64,000 bases of DNA, taken from NCBI GenBank assembly GCA_965153455.1, contig OZ234493.1, positions 11,398,213 to 11,462,212 on the forward strand, written 5' to 3'. The stretch comes from Sphagnum compactum (taxonomy: Eukaryota). Of the stretch, positions 1 through 11,000 are shown piece by piece. Positions within the stretch are counted from its first letter, which is position 1; the number at the start of each line of letters is the position of its first letter. A program made the position numbers and the translations under genes. Under the pieces are notes generated by a model. It was given only the letters and a program-made list of their open reading frames with translations. It was not told where the DNA came from and did no database searches.

Positions 1-2436
1 CAATCCCAAAAAGGATCTCAAAGCGGGAACCGACTTCGGCGACTCCCAATCCAAGATTGCCTTAACCTTGTGATCATCCATCATCAAACCATCTTGGGTT
101 ATTCTATGCCCAAGAAAGTCCACTTCCATCACCCCAAATTTGCACTTCTCGAGCTTGGCATACAACTTGTTTTCCCTTAGCCTTTTGAACACCTTGCGAA
201 GGTGCTCCGCATGCTCCTCCATGGAGCTACTATAGATCAAAATGTCGTCTATGTAGACGACCACAAAATCATCAAGCCATTCGCAGAAAATGTCATTCAT
301 GAGAGTGCAAAATGTTGCGAGTGCATTGGTGAGCCCAAATGGCATCACCAAAAATTCATATGAGCCATACCTTGTGCGACAAGCGGTCTTTTCTTCGTCC
401 CCTTCCTTGATCCTCATTTGGTAATACCCCGAACGTAGATTAATTCTACTAAAAACTTTGGCTCCCGAGAGACGATCAAATAGATCATCGATGCGAGGTA
501 AAGGATACTGATTTTTCACCGTTGCCTTGTTGAGTGCTCTATAATCAACACACATCTTCAAAGTCCCATCCTTTTTGTGAACAAAAAGGACGGGTGCCCC
601 ATACGGTGATTTGCTTGGTTTGATGTAACCTTTCGCGAGGAGTTCCTCAAGTTGAACCTTGAGTTCCTTCAACTCCTCGTGGCTCATTCTATATGGGGCC
701 TTGGCGGGCGGTTTCACTCCCGGTATCACTTCAATCGCATGATCAACTCGTCTTCTCGGGGGCAAGTCTTCGGGCATCACATCCGGGAACTCTTGTAAGA
801 CTTGCTTTATGCACTTGGCGGAAGTCACCAACTTGGTGGCTTCCTTGGGCTCATATTCGTCCAACACCCGCATGACACACGTCATGCCGAAACCCCCCAC
901 ACATTCTTTTTCCCAAGCTTTTCCTAACATGAAGTGGATGGTTGAACCACCCACACAAGGCAACTCATGTGCCTTAACTCGCACAATCCCACTTTTAGAT
1001 GGGATTCTAACCAACCTATTGTGCCCTTCAATGAGCACATTGTTTTGGGTGATGAACTCCATTCCAAGAACGCAATCCATTCCACCCAAGGTGGAAACCA
1101 ACAAGTCCACCTTTCCTCTCCAATTCCCTAATTGGAGAGGCGCTCCCTTTGTTTGTAAAGTAGTTGGATGGGGAACCCCATCCGCGAAATGCACCTCAAT
1201 GGGTGCCTTGAGCTCCTCCAAGTGGAGCTCCATCCTTTCGGCGCTCTCCCGAGTTATGAAGTTGTGGGAGGCCCCTGTGTCCAAAAGGCATAAGATTTCC
1301 CGTTTAGCAATCTTCCCTTTCAAGAATATAAGTCGATTGCATTCCGGTTGGGCTAAAGTGGCACTGAGAGCAAGTACCTTAGAGCTCCCAACCCCCGTTT
1401 TGGATTTGGGACAATCTTTGGAGTAATGCCCCACCTCGTTGCAATTGAAACATGCACCCTTGGGCTTTGCTCCAAAATCTCCCTTGGTTTGGCTCCCTTT
1501 GAAAGGAGCCCCTTTTTTCACGAAGCTACCTTTTGGCTTGAACCCCGAGCCTTAGAATTGTTTGGTCTTTTCCTTGGTTGGGTTACCTTGCCCCCGGTTC
1601 CATTCCCCCTCATGCCTTGGCTTTTTGTGAAGGAACTTGTTGTCCTTCTTGAACCCGGATTTGTCACTCCGCCCCACATCCGAGAAGTTCTCCACTTTCG
1701 TGACGGCCTCGGATAATGAGGCGGGCCAATTCTCCTCAAGCTTTCGCTTAGCCCAAGTCGGAAGTCCCATCACGAATTGGCACACACGGTCCAACTCGTG
1801 CATGTGCCGGATCTCAAACATGAGCTCGGAATAGGCCCTCACATATTGCCTCAAATTTTCATTTGTGGCATTCACAAGCTCACGGAGTTTGCACCTTGAG
1901 ATGTAGTCGGAATTTCTCGGAATGAACTCCGCGTCAATGCGATCCTTGAAAAACTCCCACGTATAGCCATGGTTCTTGCCCTCCTCTTGTCTCACCGTCT
2001 GCCAGCATGTGGCGGCATAGCCTTTCAAGTATGATTGGGCAAGCTCCACGGCGGAATTCTGTCCAACCTTGGCGGCATGGATATAGTCGTCCATCTCCGC
2101 AAGCCAAGCATCCACAACCTTCCGGTCTTGGGCACCATCGAAATTCCCGGGCTTGGCCGGTTGAAGCCTTTCACCTTTGGAGGTCCCCGTTTTGAGGGTC
2201 GCCACCAACTCACCAAAGTCGGGCCTATTCATCTTGAGGAGGACTTCAAGTTGCTCCGGGGTGAATAGGACCGAGCTCCGTTGTTCCTCCTCACTTTCGG
2301 GTTCAACCTCGGGCTCATCTTGGTCCTCCCGGGAGTTTGGTTCTTCCGCAATTGATTCCGGCGGGGCTATTAGGTCATCGACGAGCTCTTCGGACCTAGG
2401 TTCCAGAGCTAGCTTCCGATTCTTCTTGGGTGCCAT
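1..2436 (-). pseudogene. gag-pol polyprotein (single frame, one premature stop at 1552-1554, runs off the window)
   Basis: ORF 1552..2436 is gag. After KQF* the same frame continues GSGFKPKG... through the zinc knuckle, protease and RT. The first RT catalytic Asp reads N (SRINLRSGY). Confidence 0.88.
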
Positions 2437-2463
2437 CCCAAAAGTAGTTGAGCTTCACCTTGT

Positions 2464-2475
2464 GCTCTGATACCA
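2464..2475 (-). other. Primer-binding site complementary to the 3' end of tRNA-iMet
   Basis: Plus strand gctctgatacca = TGGTATCAGAGC on minus. Confidence 0.9.
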
Positions 2476-2477
2476 CG

Positions 2478-3297
2478 TGACACGCTCCTTGGTCCCGGGG
2501 TGAACCCACTTGAGGGTTCACCAATGTGTAGTTGCGGAAAGTTGGGACCGAAGGGCACGTTCCCGGTTTCCAACTCTAGAAAGGGGTAGAGGGTCGAGTT
2601 GGGAGCCCAGGGATTAGACTAGGAAGAGGGACTAGCTTAGCTTGTGTGAATCTGCATCCAAAAACTAACCACGGGAGGTTAGTTTAGCATTCGGGACACC
2701 CTTGGGTGTTGGGACAAGCCACGGGCACTTGGACACACAAGACTCACCACGGCTCGAACTCGGGGGAAGCCACCACCTTCCCCCTTATAGTTATTTCTGC
2801 AGCTCACCACGGAGGCTACATCCAAATGGCACATTTTGTTGGGACTCCCGAAATGGAGTCCCGAAACTGTCTCGACGGGACTCCTAGAACTTTGAGCTGC
2901 CATAACTCCCGACTCCAGAGTCCGATCGCAACGAGATCTAAACCAAAGTTGTAGGCCTCGTCGAGATCTTTCCAACGCCATGTCGCACTCCCTCAGGCGA
3001 CGTCGGGAAAGGGTCGATTCTCGACTTTTAGTGGTCGGGAGTCAAACTGCCAGTTTGACTCCCGGCCCTTCTTTTGCCCATAACTTGGGCTGCAAATCTC
3101 CAAATGACCAATGTGAGGCCATTTTCGATATCTACGTTTCAAGACCTTTCCAATGACACCAAGAACACCCCAAGGCGAGGTGTTTTGGGCCTTGCTGTCG
3201 AGCTCTAAACATTCAGGAGTCCCGGAGGACTCCAAACCTCCAACTTTTCCAAGTGTTGGGCTTTACCCCCACACTTGGGCGAAGTGGGGTTGCGACA
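2478..3297 (-). repeat. 5' LTR of the Gypsy element
   Basis: TG...CA termini on the minus strand, directly followed by the tRNA-Met PBS; the partner LTR lies outside the window. Confidence 0.8.
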
Positions 3298-4934
3298 GGC
3301 AGACAACAGGCAGGCAGATCATTGGGTTCCTTGATTCTCATCCGCACTGCGACATGGCAGGTCGATCGCATCACATCGCATCGCATCGCATAATCACTTC
3401 GTTGGAGATTAGAAAGCCTAAGATCAACTGCTAATGAGATGTGATGCGCGGGAGCTCGCGAGGGCGATTGAGAGGCCATCCCGCACCCGCGTGCACGCCA
3501 ACACGTGTCCCACCCTTCGACTTGACTTCCTCGCTAATAGTAGCTACTGTCCGTCCGGAGTTAGGGCAAGGCAAAATCGTGAAATTTCTGTTGGGAATTT
3601 GGCCTGAAAATGTGTCCCAAACAAAGCTCATAATCAGTGTTGCTGAAGAAAAAGGATAACAGTAGTGTGCAGAACAGAAGTTTACCTGTGAGATTACCTG
3701 AGCTTCAAATGCTTTAACTGCCTCCACTTCCATGAGAGCTGCTTTCAGTTGACTTTGTAACATAGCTGTGTGTGCCTGGACTTCCTCCAATTCATGTTTC
3801 GCTGCGGCTGCTTCTTTTCTTCCCTTCAATGCCACTGCCTTCTCCTCGTCTGCTTCCATTGTCACCTGTCATCACACACCCCCCCCACCCCATCTTCTAT
3901 TCTCAGATCGGCTATTTATACCTGAAGACCGGGTACTGCTGTACCTGTTTGAATATGTAAAAGTGAACAGCCTCTTACCCATCACTGGCATCAGACCTTA
4001 GAGAAGGAAAAAGCCTCTCAACTGACCTGATGCAAGGCATCATTTAAGCCAGATATGGACTCCTTTGCTTTGCTCTCTACCTGTATGCCAGCTTCTAAGA
4101 GAGACTTAGCTTTGGAGAGCTCCAACTCCATCTCTGCAGTAACATCAGCAACAGTCACCTCATACTCCTCCTTCATAGCTGCAAGCTCTGTCATGGTGTT
4201 TTTCAGCTCTGCCTTCAGGGATGCCAGAGATGCAGACATCCTTTGCTCCTGCTCTATTGCCTTCTTCACTTTTGCATTTGACTCCTCCAACTACATTGCA
4301 TATGACCTTGCCTTCTAACACTTGAAAATCAGTTTTTAATCTCTTGTCCTCTTTGGGTTTTGTTACAAAATCAGCAGCATAACAATTAACATCAGCCTCA
4401 AAGAGACAATGACAAATATTACAGAACTCAATTGATTGAACTGAGTACCTTTTCTGTAGTTTTTGTTGCATCCTCAAGGTCTATCCTCGATCCTCGCAAT
4501 TTCAATCTGTAGTCCCCAACAGCACCTTTCAATTTCATCTCAGATTCCTTTGTGACAGCTATCTCCGCTTCGAGTTCCTCCAATTCTTTCTTCACTGCAA
4601 CCACAGCTTCACCGGCTTTCTCTTGAGCTTCCTTGACAGCAGAAAACTCTACCTTCAATGTTTCAAGCTCTGCAGTTGTCATGGCCCCTGTTGCCCTCTC
4701 TTCAGTTTCCTTTGTTGCCAACAGCTTTGATGTTACCTCCTCAAGCTCAGAAGTAGTTGCTTCCACAACGCCTCTCTGCCTTTGTTCTGCTTCCTCAACA
4801 TCTTCCCTGTATGACGGGACGGATGGATGGACGGGTCCGACGGACGGAGGAAATGTCCGTCCGGTCCGGACGGATTAAGGGGAAGCTTCATTCGCACGGC
4901 TTCAGGGGAAGCTTCATTGTTCCTTTACTATAGA
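3298..4934 (-). mobile_element. Putative non-autonomous Helitron (5' part) carrying the WEB fragment, interrupted by the Gypsy LTR
   Basis: Minus-strand A^TCTATAGTAAAGG start at 4934 followed by a ccgtcc-rich tract. 3540-3570 (agctactgtccgtccggagttagggca) resembles the 5' end of the 5918 Helitron. No 3' CTAG end is visible. Confidence 0.4.
3686..4806 (-). pseudogene. WEB1/PMI2-family coiled-coil gene fragment (three exons, truncated at both ends, in-frame stop)
   Basis: Glu/Lys/Ala-rich coiled-coil exons joined by GT-AG introns (GLNDALHQ|VTMEADEEK...LKAALMEVEAVKAFEAQ resembles the WEB-family C-terminal region); TAG stop in the middle exon (...AYAM*LEES); no start exon. Confidence 0.65.
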
Positions 4935-6044
4935 TAATATAGGTAGATAGGTCGGGAAATAAGTAACTATTAGGTATTTACATAGGTAATGGTTGTTTTT
5001 TTACTATCTCTATAATACTCACAACCTGCTTGCTTGCTTGTGGGTAGTTAGTAGGTGCGTAATTTTTTATTTTTTTTTAAAGAAAAAAGAAAAAGCATCT
5101 GAGTTAATAATGACCATGGTTAACTAGGGAATTAGAGCCCAATGGAAAATTGTTTACTCGATCACTTATCATTCATCTTTCATGGTGTGTTAGTGGGTGC
5201 TATAGTTCATTTGTGGCCAAAATTCAGAACTCCGGAACTGACAATTCCGACAAATGCATTGAATTTTGATCATGAAAAGAAATTGGGTTATGATGCGGAA
5301 TCGAACTTGGTTCATTAGGGAACCAGGTATAGGGTCCATTAGTGGTCGTCACGGTGACAATTATGGATGTGTTTCACTTGACAATTATGAAAACATTCCA
5401 CTGTAACTATCGAACTATCTCACTCTTTCACCAACCCCATTTACATGGATAATAATTGGGAAAAATAAATAAAAATTAACATGCATGCATCGTTTCATAA
5501 TTAAAATTTCATAATTTACTTGAATTCAAATTGGTTTAAATGAATCCAATCCCAATTTGTGCATAATTGAATTGAATTTGATTGAATTCGATTTGTTTCA
5601 ATTCAATTTAATTGAAATTTTTTCAATTATATTGAGTACTCAAATCTTAATTAATCCAATTTTTTTTTTAAAATAATTTATGTATAGTTCAATCCTCTTC
5701 AATTTTAGAAATTTAAATTCAATTCAAATTCAATTGAACTTGCATTATTCAAATGAAACTTAATTTCCACAAAATAAACTCATTTGTTTTTTTTATTTTG
5801 GTACCGTGGAGCAGTTCAGGAAGAACCCAAATAAACAAACAAACAAATAAATAAATAAACACATAAATAAATAAATAAAATAAAAAGTAACAAGTAAATA
5901 ATATTAATATAATATAATCCTATATATAAAAGCTACAGTGGTGTCTGTGTGTCCGTCTATGTGTCACAAGACGTTCTGCATTTTAACATTACGCCGAAAC
6001 CAACGACAGTTAGGGCAGTTGGGAAACATCTTTGAAAAGAAAAT

Positions 6045-7530
6045 TCTTAGAAATTGCCATGATGTCTCTGATCTCTGAAGAAATTGCCATGATGTCTCTG
6101 ATTTCTGAAAAAGCTCCAAGAGACAGACAGATGCTTCACATCAGAGCAGAGCAATGTTCAATGAGACCACATTCAAATCCCTTTTGTATTTCTCTCTAAA
6201 GAAGATGCATTCAGATTAGAGCAGAGCAATGTTCAATGAGACCACATTCAAATCCATTTTGTATTTCTCTTTGTGTGTTTGTGTCTGTGTCTCTCTGTCT
6301 TTCAATTCATAACTTTAGATGCCAATGGCACATTCAAGAGATTTGCTGACCTCCAGAATGTAAGAATCAAAGTAAGAGCTGCAATGAATTCATAACAAAA
6401 TTCAACAATCCTCATCAAAAAAATTCATAAAAAAATTCATAGGCCAGCAGCTTGAAATGTTTTGGAATTGTGCTACAGGAAAGTTGGAGTGTGAGGATCT
6501 GTTAATGGAAGAATGTGCATTTTCAGTGTCATCATCAGGTGCACGCTGTGTCCTATTAATTTTTTTCAGCGACAGATTCTCCCAATAGTTGCAATCTAAT
6601 CTCAACAGTATTTTTCTTTGAATTATGAGCATAATAAAATATGCTGAGGTCCATTCAAATTGGACACGATCTTTCTACTTCCAAGGTGCAATTTTGTTCT
6701 TCACGAAGTACTAAATTTTGGATTCTAGAACATGTGTTTTCTTTACAATATTTTGAACCATCATAAATCTGTTAGTCATTTAGTTGTTTTTCTATGTATT
6801 GATGTGCCACCAATCATATTAGGTTTCTTCCATGAATTCAGATATTGTTCGCCCAAATAATTCTCAGACTTGCAAGGATTTTCACTTCAGCATTCAGAAG
6901 AATCTCTCTCTCATTTTCGTGTCCTTTCTACTTACAAGGTGCAATTTTGTTCTTCACAAAGAACTAAATTCTGGAATTTAAATCGATTCTAGAACATGTG
7001 TTTTCTTGACAATATTTTGCATCATCAGAAATCTGTCAGTCATTTAGTTGTTTTTCTATGTATTGATGTGCCACCAATCATATTAGGTTTCTTCCATGAA
7101 TTCAGATATCGTTCGCCCAAATAATTCTCAAACTTGCAAGGATTTTCACTTCAGCATTCAGAAGAATCTCTCTCTCATTTTCCAAACAAACGAGACATAA
7201 TTTCAACTTACCATTTCTTTGATGCAGAATTATAGTTGGTGGCATTACCTATATAGTGCCAAGACAACACAATTTCTTGATAGAACAAACTCAAAAAATG
7301 TTCAGTATTTAGTTTATGAATTCATAACAAAATTCAACAATCTTCATCAAAAAAATTCATAAAAAAATTCATAGGCCAAGACAACACAATTTCTTGATAG
7401 AACAAACTCAAAAAATGTTCAGTATTTAGTTTATGAATTCATAACAAAATTCAACAATCCTCATCAAAAAAATTCATAAAAAAATTTATAGGCCAGCAGC
7501 TTGAAATGTTTTGGAATTGTGCTACAAGAA
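6045..7530. repeat. Nested direct duplications in the Helitron 5' non-coding region
   Basis: Duplicated blocks: agaaattgccatgatgtctctgat x2; cagagcagagcaatgttcaatgag... x2; ~250-bp block 6675-6915 repeated at ~6925-7180; atgaattcataacaaaattcaacaatc... x3 (~6384, ~7316, ~7433). Confidence 0.85.
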
Positions 7531-8086
7531 ACTCGAGAACTCAGCAGTGCAAGAGTGCTCCAGAAACTTGACAAAGATCTGTCGCAGAGGACCTTGTAGC
7601 TTTTCCGCAACTACCTTGAACTCAGGGTTTCGCACAAAGTGAGTTTCTTCTTTTTCTTTCTCTTTCTGAGGGGATTTCACCACCACTGGGTTTGTTTTCT
7701 ACATAACAAAAAAAAAATCCCACAAAATCAGAGAAAAGAGCAATGTAGAGAATTGATTTCAACCCAAGAAAAAAAAAAAAAAAAAAAAAGAACCCAACCT
7801 TCAATCTGTAAGACTTGCTCAAGAATCAGAAAATCAAATCTGTTATAAGAAGTGGGTTAAGAATCAGACATCTGGTAATGGGTTGTCAAGAAGAATTGAT
7901 GTTGTTGGTTGTGGTAATGTAGTAAGGAAAGAAGGAAGGAAGGAAGGAAAGAGAAAAAGAATTGATGTCGGTTGCAGCAATGTAGGAAGCAAGGAGGAGG
8001 AGGAGGAGGAGGGGGTTGTCGGGTGGAGCTTCACACACATAATGGGTGTGGCTTAGGTGTGTCACGGTTTCCGAACTTTGTGCATA

Positions 8087-11000
8087 ATGCAGAGGGCTGA
8101 ACAGTAGTAGGCAGTTAGGGAACGGAATGCCTCTGCCAGGCGTGCTGCTAGGGCAGCCCAGCCTGCTAAACAACAGCAGGCAGTGAGGAAACGGAATGCC
8201 TCTGCCATGCGTGCTGCCAAGGCAACCCAGCCTGCTGAACAGTAGCAGGCAGTCAGGGAACGGGATGCCTCTGCCAGGCATGCTGCCACGGCAGCCCAGT
8301 CTGCTGAACGGCAGCAGGCAGTCAGGGAATGGAATGCCTCTGCCAGGCGTGCTGCTAGGGCAGCCCAACCTGCTGAACAGCAGCAGGTAGTGAGGAAACG
8401 AAATGCCTCTGCCATGCGTGCTGCCAGGGCAGCCCAGCCTGCTGAACAGCAGGCAGTCAGGGAACGGGATGCCTCTACCAGGCGTGCTACCAGGGCAGCC
8501 CAGCCTGCTGACCAGTGACAAGCAGCCAGGCGAGGGGCTCGCGCTCGGCGAGCTGGGAAGCAAGCCCTGCACACTGCGGATGAGGTGGAGGGGTTGGTGG
8601 TACATTCATTGGGTGCCATGTCACATAGGTGCACACACTGCAATGCACTCCGCTTTGAGCACGAGAAAAAGCGCATCACTTTGTGTTGCGGCGGTGGCAA
8701 GATGTCTGGGTTGAGTAATGCTTTCCCCGCCCCTGCACCTCAACCACTCAAAGATTTGCTCACCAGTGTGCCCAGTGAGCACCAGCCTTTGCCACCTGCC
8801 ACTAAGGATTTTAGGCAGAACATTTGTGCATACAACTCTGCATTGCAGATGGCCTCAACGGGCCTGCACATCCATTCCCCGGAACAAGGGATCAGCATGA
8901 TTGCCATCAAAGGGGCTGTGCATCACTTGCTGGGGCCTTTGCAGCCCGCCGAACATGATGTGCCACAATTCGCCCAGCTATACATCATTGATTCCATGGA
9001 TGCACAAGTCACAGCACGCCTTGCAGCTTTGGGTGCTACGGGCGCTGCTTTGCATCAGCCAACTTTGGCGGGGCTACAGCAGATGTTGCATGATCACAAC
9101 ACATTTGTGCAGCGTTTCAAACAAGTCATGGACATACCCGCACACGACTTGCCTCAATGGGAAGTTGTCATCAAGGTCGACGGCAACGTTGACAAGTGCC
9201 GCTACAATGCTCCTACCGCCCCCGAAGTGGCTGGGCTGCTGCCAGGTGAGGTTCTTCAGCAACGTGTACTGCTGTGCTGTTTGTTTATTGCCATCGCTCA
9301 CTTGATGCAATGTTCCTCATTCATTGACATAAATGTTGATGCTCTTGCATAGGCGGCGGTGACGAGCCGGTTACAGGCAGGGACATCAGAGTGCGTGCAC
9401 GCCGCGGCGAGCTATGGAGGATCAGTGACCTGCACCCTGCTTACGATCCGCTCCACTTTGTGCTGTTCCATCCTCATGGTGAGCCCGGTTGGCAGCCAGG
9501 CATGCCCCATGCTGCTGTTGCCCCTTTCCGCCGGCGGGCTGCTGGCGGCGAGGAGGAAGGTGATGCTGGGCATGTTGCAGCAGATGCAGAGCCAGCACAA
9601 CCTACACAGGATGATGGTAGCGAGGAGGAAGGTGATGCTGAGCATGTTGTAGCAGATGCAGGGCCAGCACACCTGCACAACACAAAAAAATCACTGCACG
9701 GGAGTGGGCTTGCTATCAGATGCACGATAGGAACCCGGCATCGCACACCCTCTTTGTGTATGGCAAACGTTTGTATCAAGAGTGGGGTGTTGACCAATAT
9801 AGCAAAGTGGAATCACAACGGCTGTTTTACATACGCAACAACCTGGGTCCTTTGCGTGCTGCAATTTATGATGGCGTGGCTGATGCTGTTTCCAATAACG
9901 ACGCCAACATCGACAACCTTGGCAGGCTCAATGTATTGCCATCCTCATTCATGGTGGACACCGACACATGGTTCAGTTGTACCAAGATTCCATGGCCATT
10001 GTCCGCCAATATGGCAAGCCTGATTTGTTCATCACCATGACCTGCAACCCCAAGTGGGAGGAGATTGTCAGCGCGCTAAAGCCCGGCGAGATCGCCAATG
10101 ACCGGCCTGATTTGGTCACACGCGTTTTTGTTGGCAAATTACAGCACTTGCTGGACGAGCTTTTGAAGAAGGGCATTTTTGGCGAGGTGGTGGCTAACAT
10201 TCATGTCATTGAGTGGCAGAAGAGGGGCTTGCCCCATGCACACATTCTGCTCATTCTGCACTTCATTCACAAACCACGAGGGCCCGATGAGTACGACCGC
10301 ATAGTGTCTACAGAGTTGCCTGATAAGGATGCACACCCCACTCTTTTGAGGTCGTTACAAGTTGCATGGTGCATGGCCCCTGTGGCACCATCAACCCACA
10401 TTGCACTTGCATGGCTGACGGCGTTTGTTCAAAAGGCTACCCTAAGGCCTTCACAGAGCACACCACCGACACCACCGGCTCCTACCCAACATATCGCCGC
10501 CGGGATGATGGCCACACATTTGAGCGGTAAGTGTGCTGGCAGTAGGACCATGCATTTGGACTGACAACATGCATGATTATGCTGCCATGTTTGCGTTTAC
10601 TGACCTGTGGCACCGCTCACGTAACAACTGCTATTTGGCTGCTGTTGTTGCAGGGGTGGGTTTGCCTTTGACAACCGCTGGGTGGTGCCCTACAACCTGT
10701 ACCTGTCCCTGTTCTTCAACTGCCATATCAACGTGGAGGTCTGCACCTCCGTCACGACTGTCAAATACCTCTACAAGTACGTCTACAAGGGCCACGACCG
10801 TGCACAGGTGGACGTTGGCCCGGTGGACGCTGCTGCACCTGATGGCGCTGCGCCCGCTCAGCCACGCATGCGGGATGAGATCAAGATCTACCAAGACGGC
10901 TGGTATGTGTCGGCTTCTGAGGCCAGCCACCGTTTGTATGGCTTTGATCTGCACAAGGAGCACCCCAATGTCGTTCGGCTTGCTGTGCACTTGAAAGGGC

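Larger units (their letters stand above)
1..3297 (-). mobile_element. Ty3/Gypsy LTR retrotransposon (chromovirus-like, tRNA-iMet primed); 5' LTR plus gag-PR-RT, truncated by the window edge
   Basis: Minus strand: LTR ~2478-3297 starts TGTCGCAACCCC; PBS TGGTATCAGAGC at 2464-2475; gag, CCHC knuckle [14 protein letters not shown], protease [12 protein letters not shown] motifs VMPFGLTNA and [11 protein letters not shown]. Confidence 0.95.

Noticed and set aside
809-2470. Plus-strand ORFs (205 aa and others) over the Gypsy element
   Set aside because: Antisense shadows of the gag-pol frame.
4940-5060. (TAGG)n-rich block similar to the inverted block at 62165-62295
   Set aside because: Probably a common degenerate dispersed repeat; no termini could be defined.
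8096-8520. CRISPR-like appearance of regular repeats (also 34918-35125 and 39447-40170)
   Set aside because: Contiguous tandem units with no unique spacers, no cas genes, eukaryotic context.
7886-8714. 239-aa and 212-aa minus-strand Cys/Leu-rich repeat ORFs
   Set aside because: Off-frame readings of the 69-bp repeat; the meaningful frame is the plus-strand RepHel frame.
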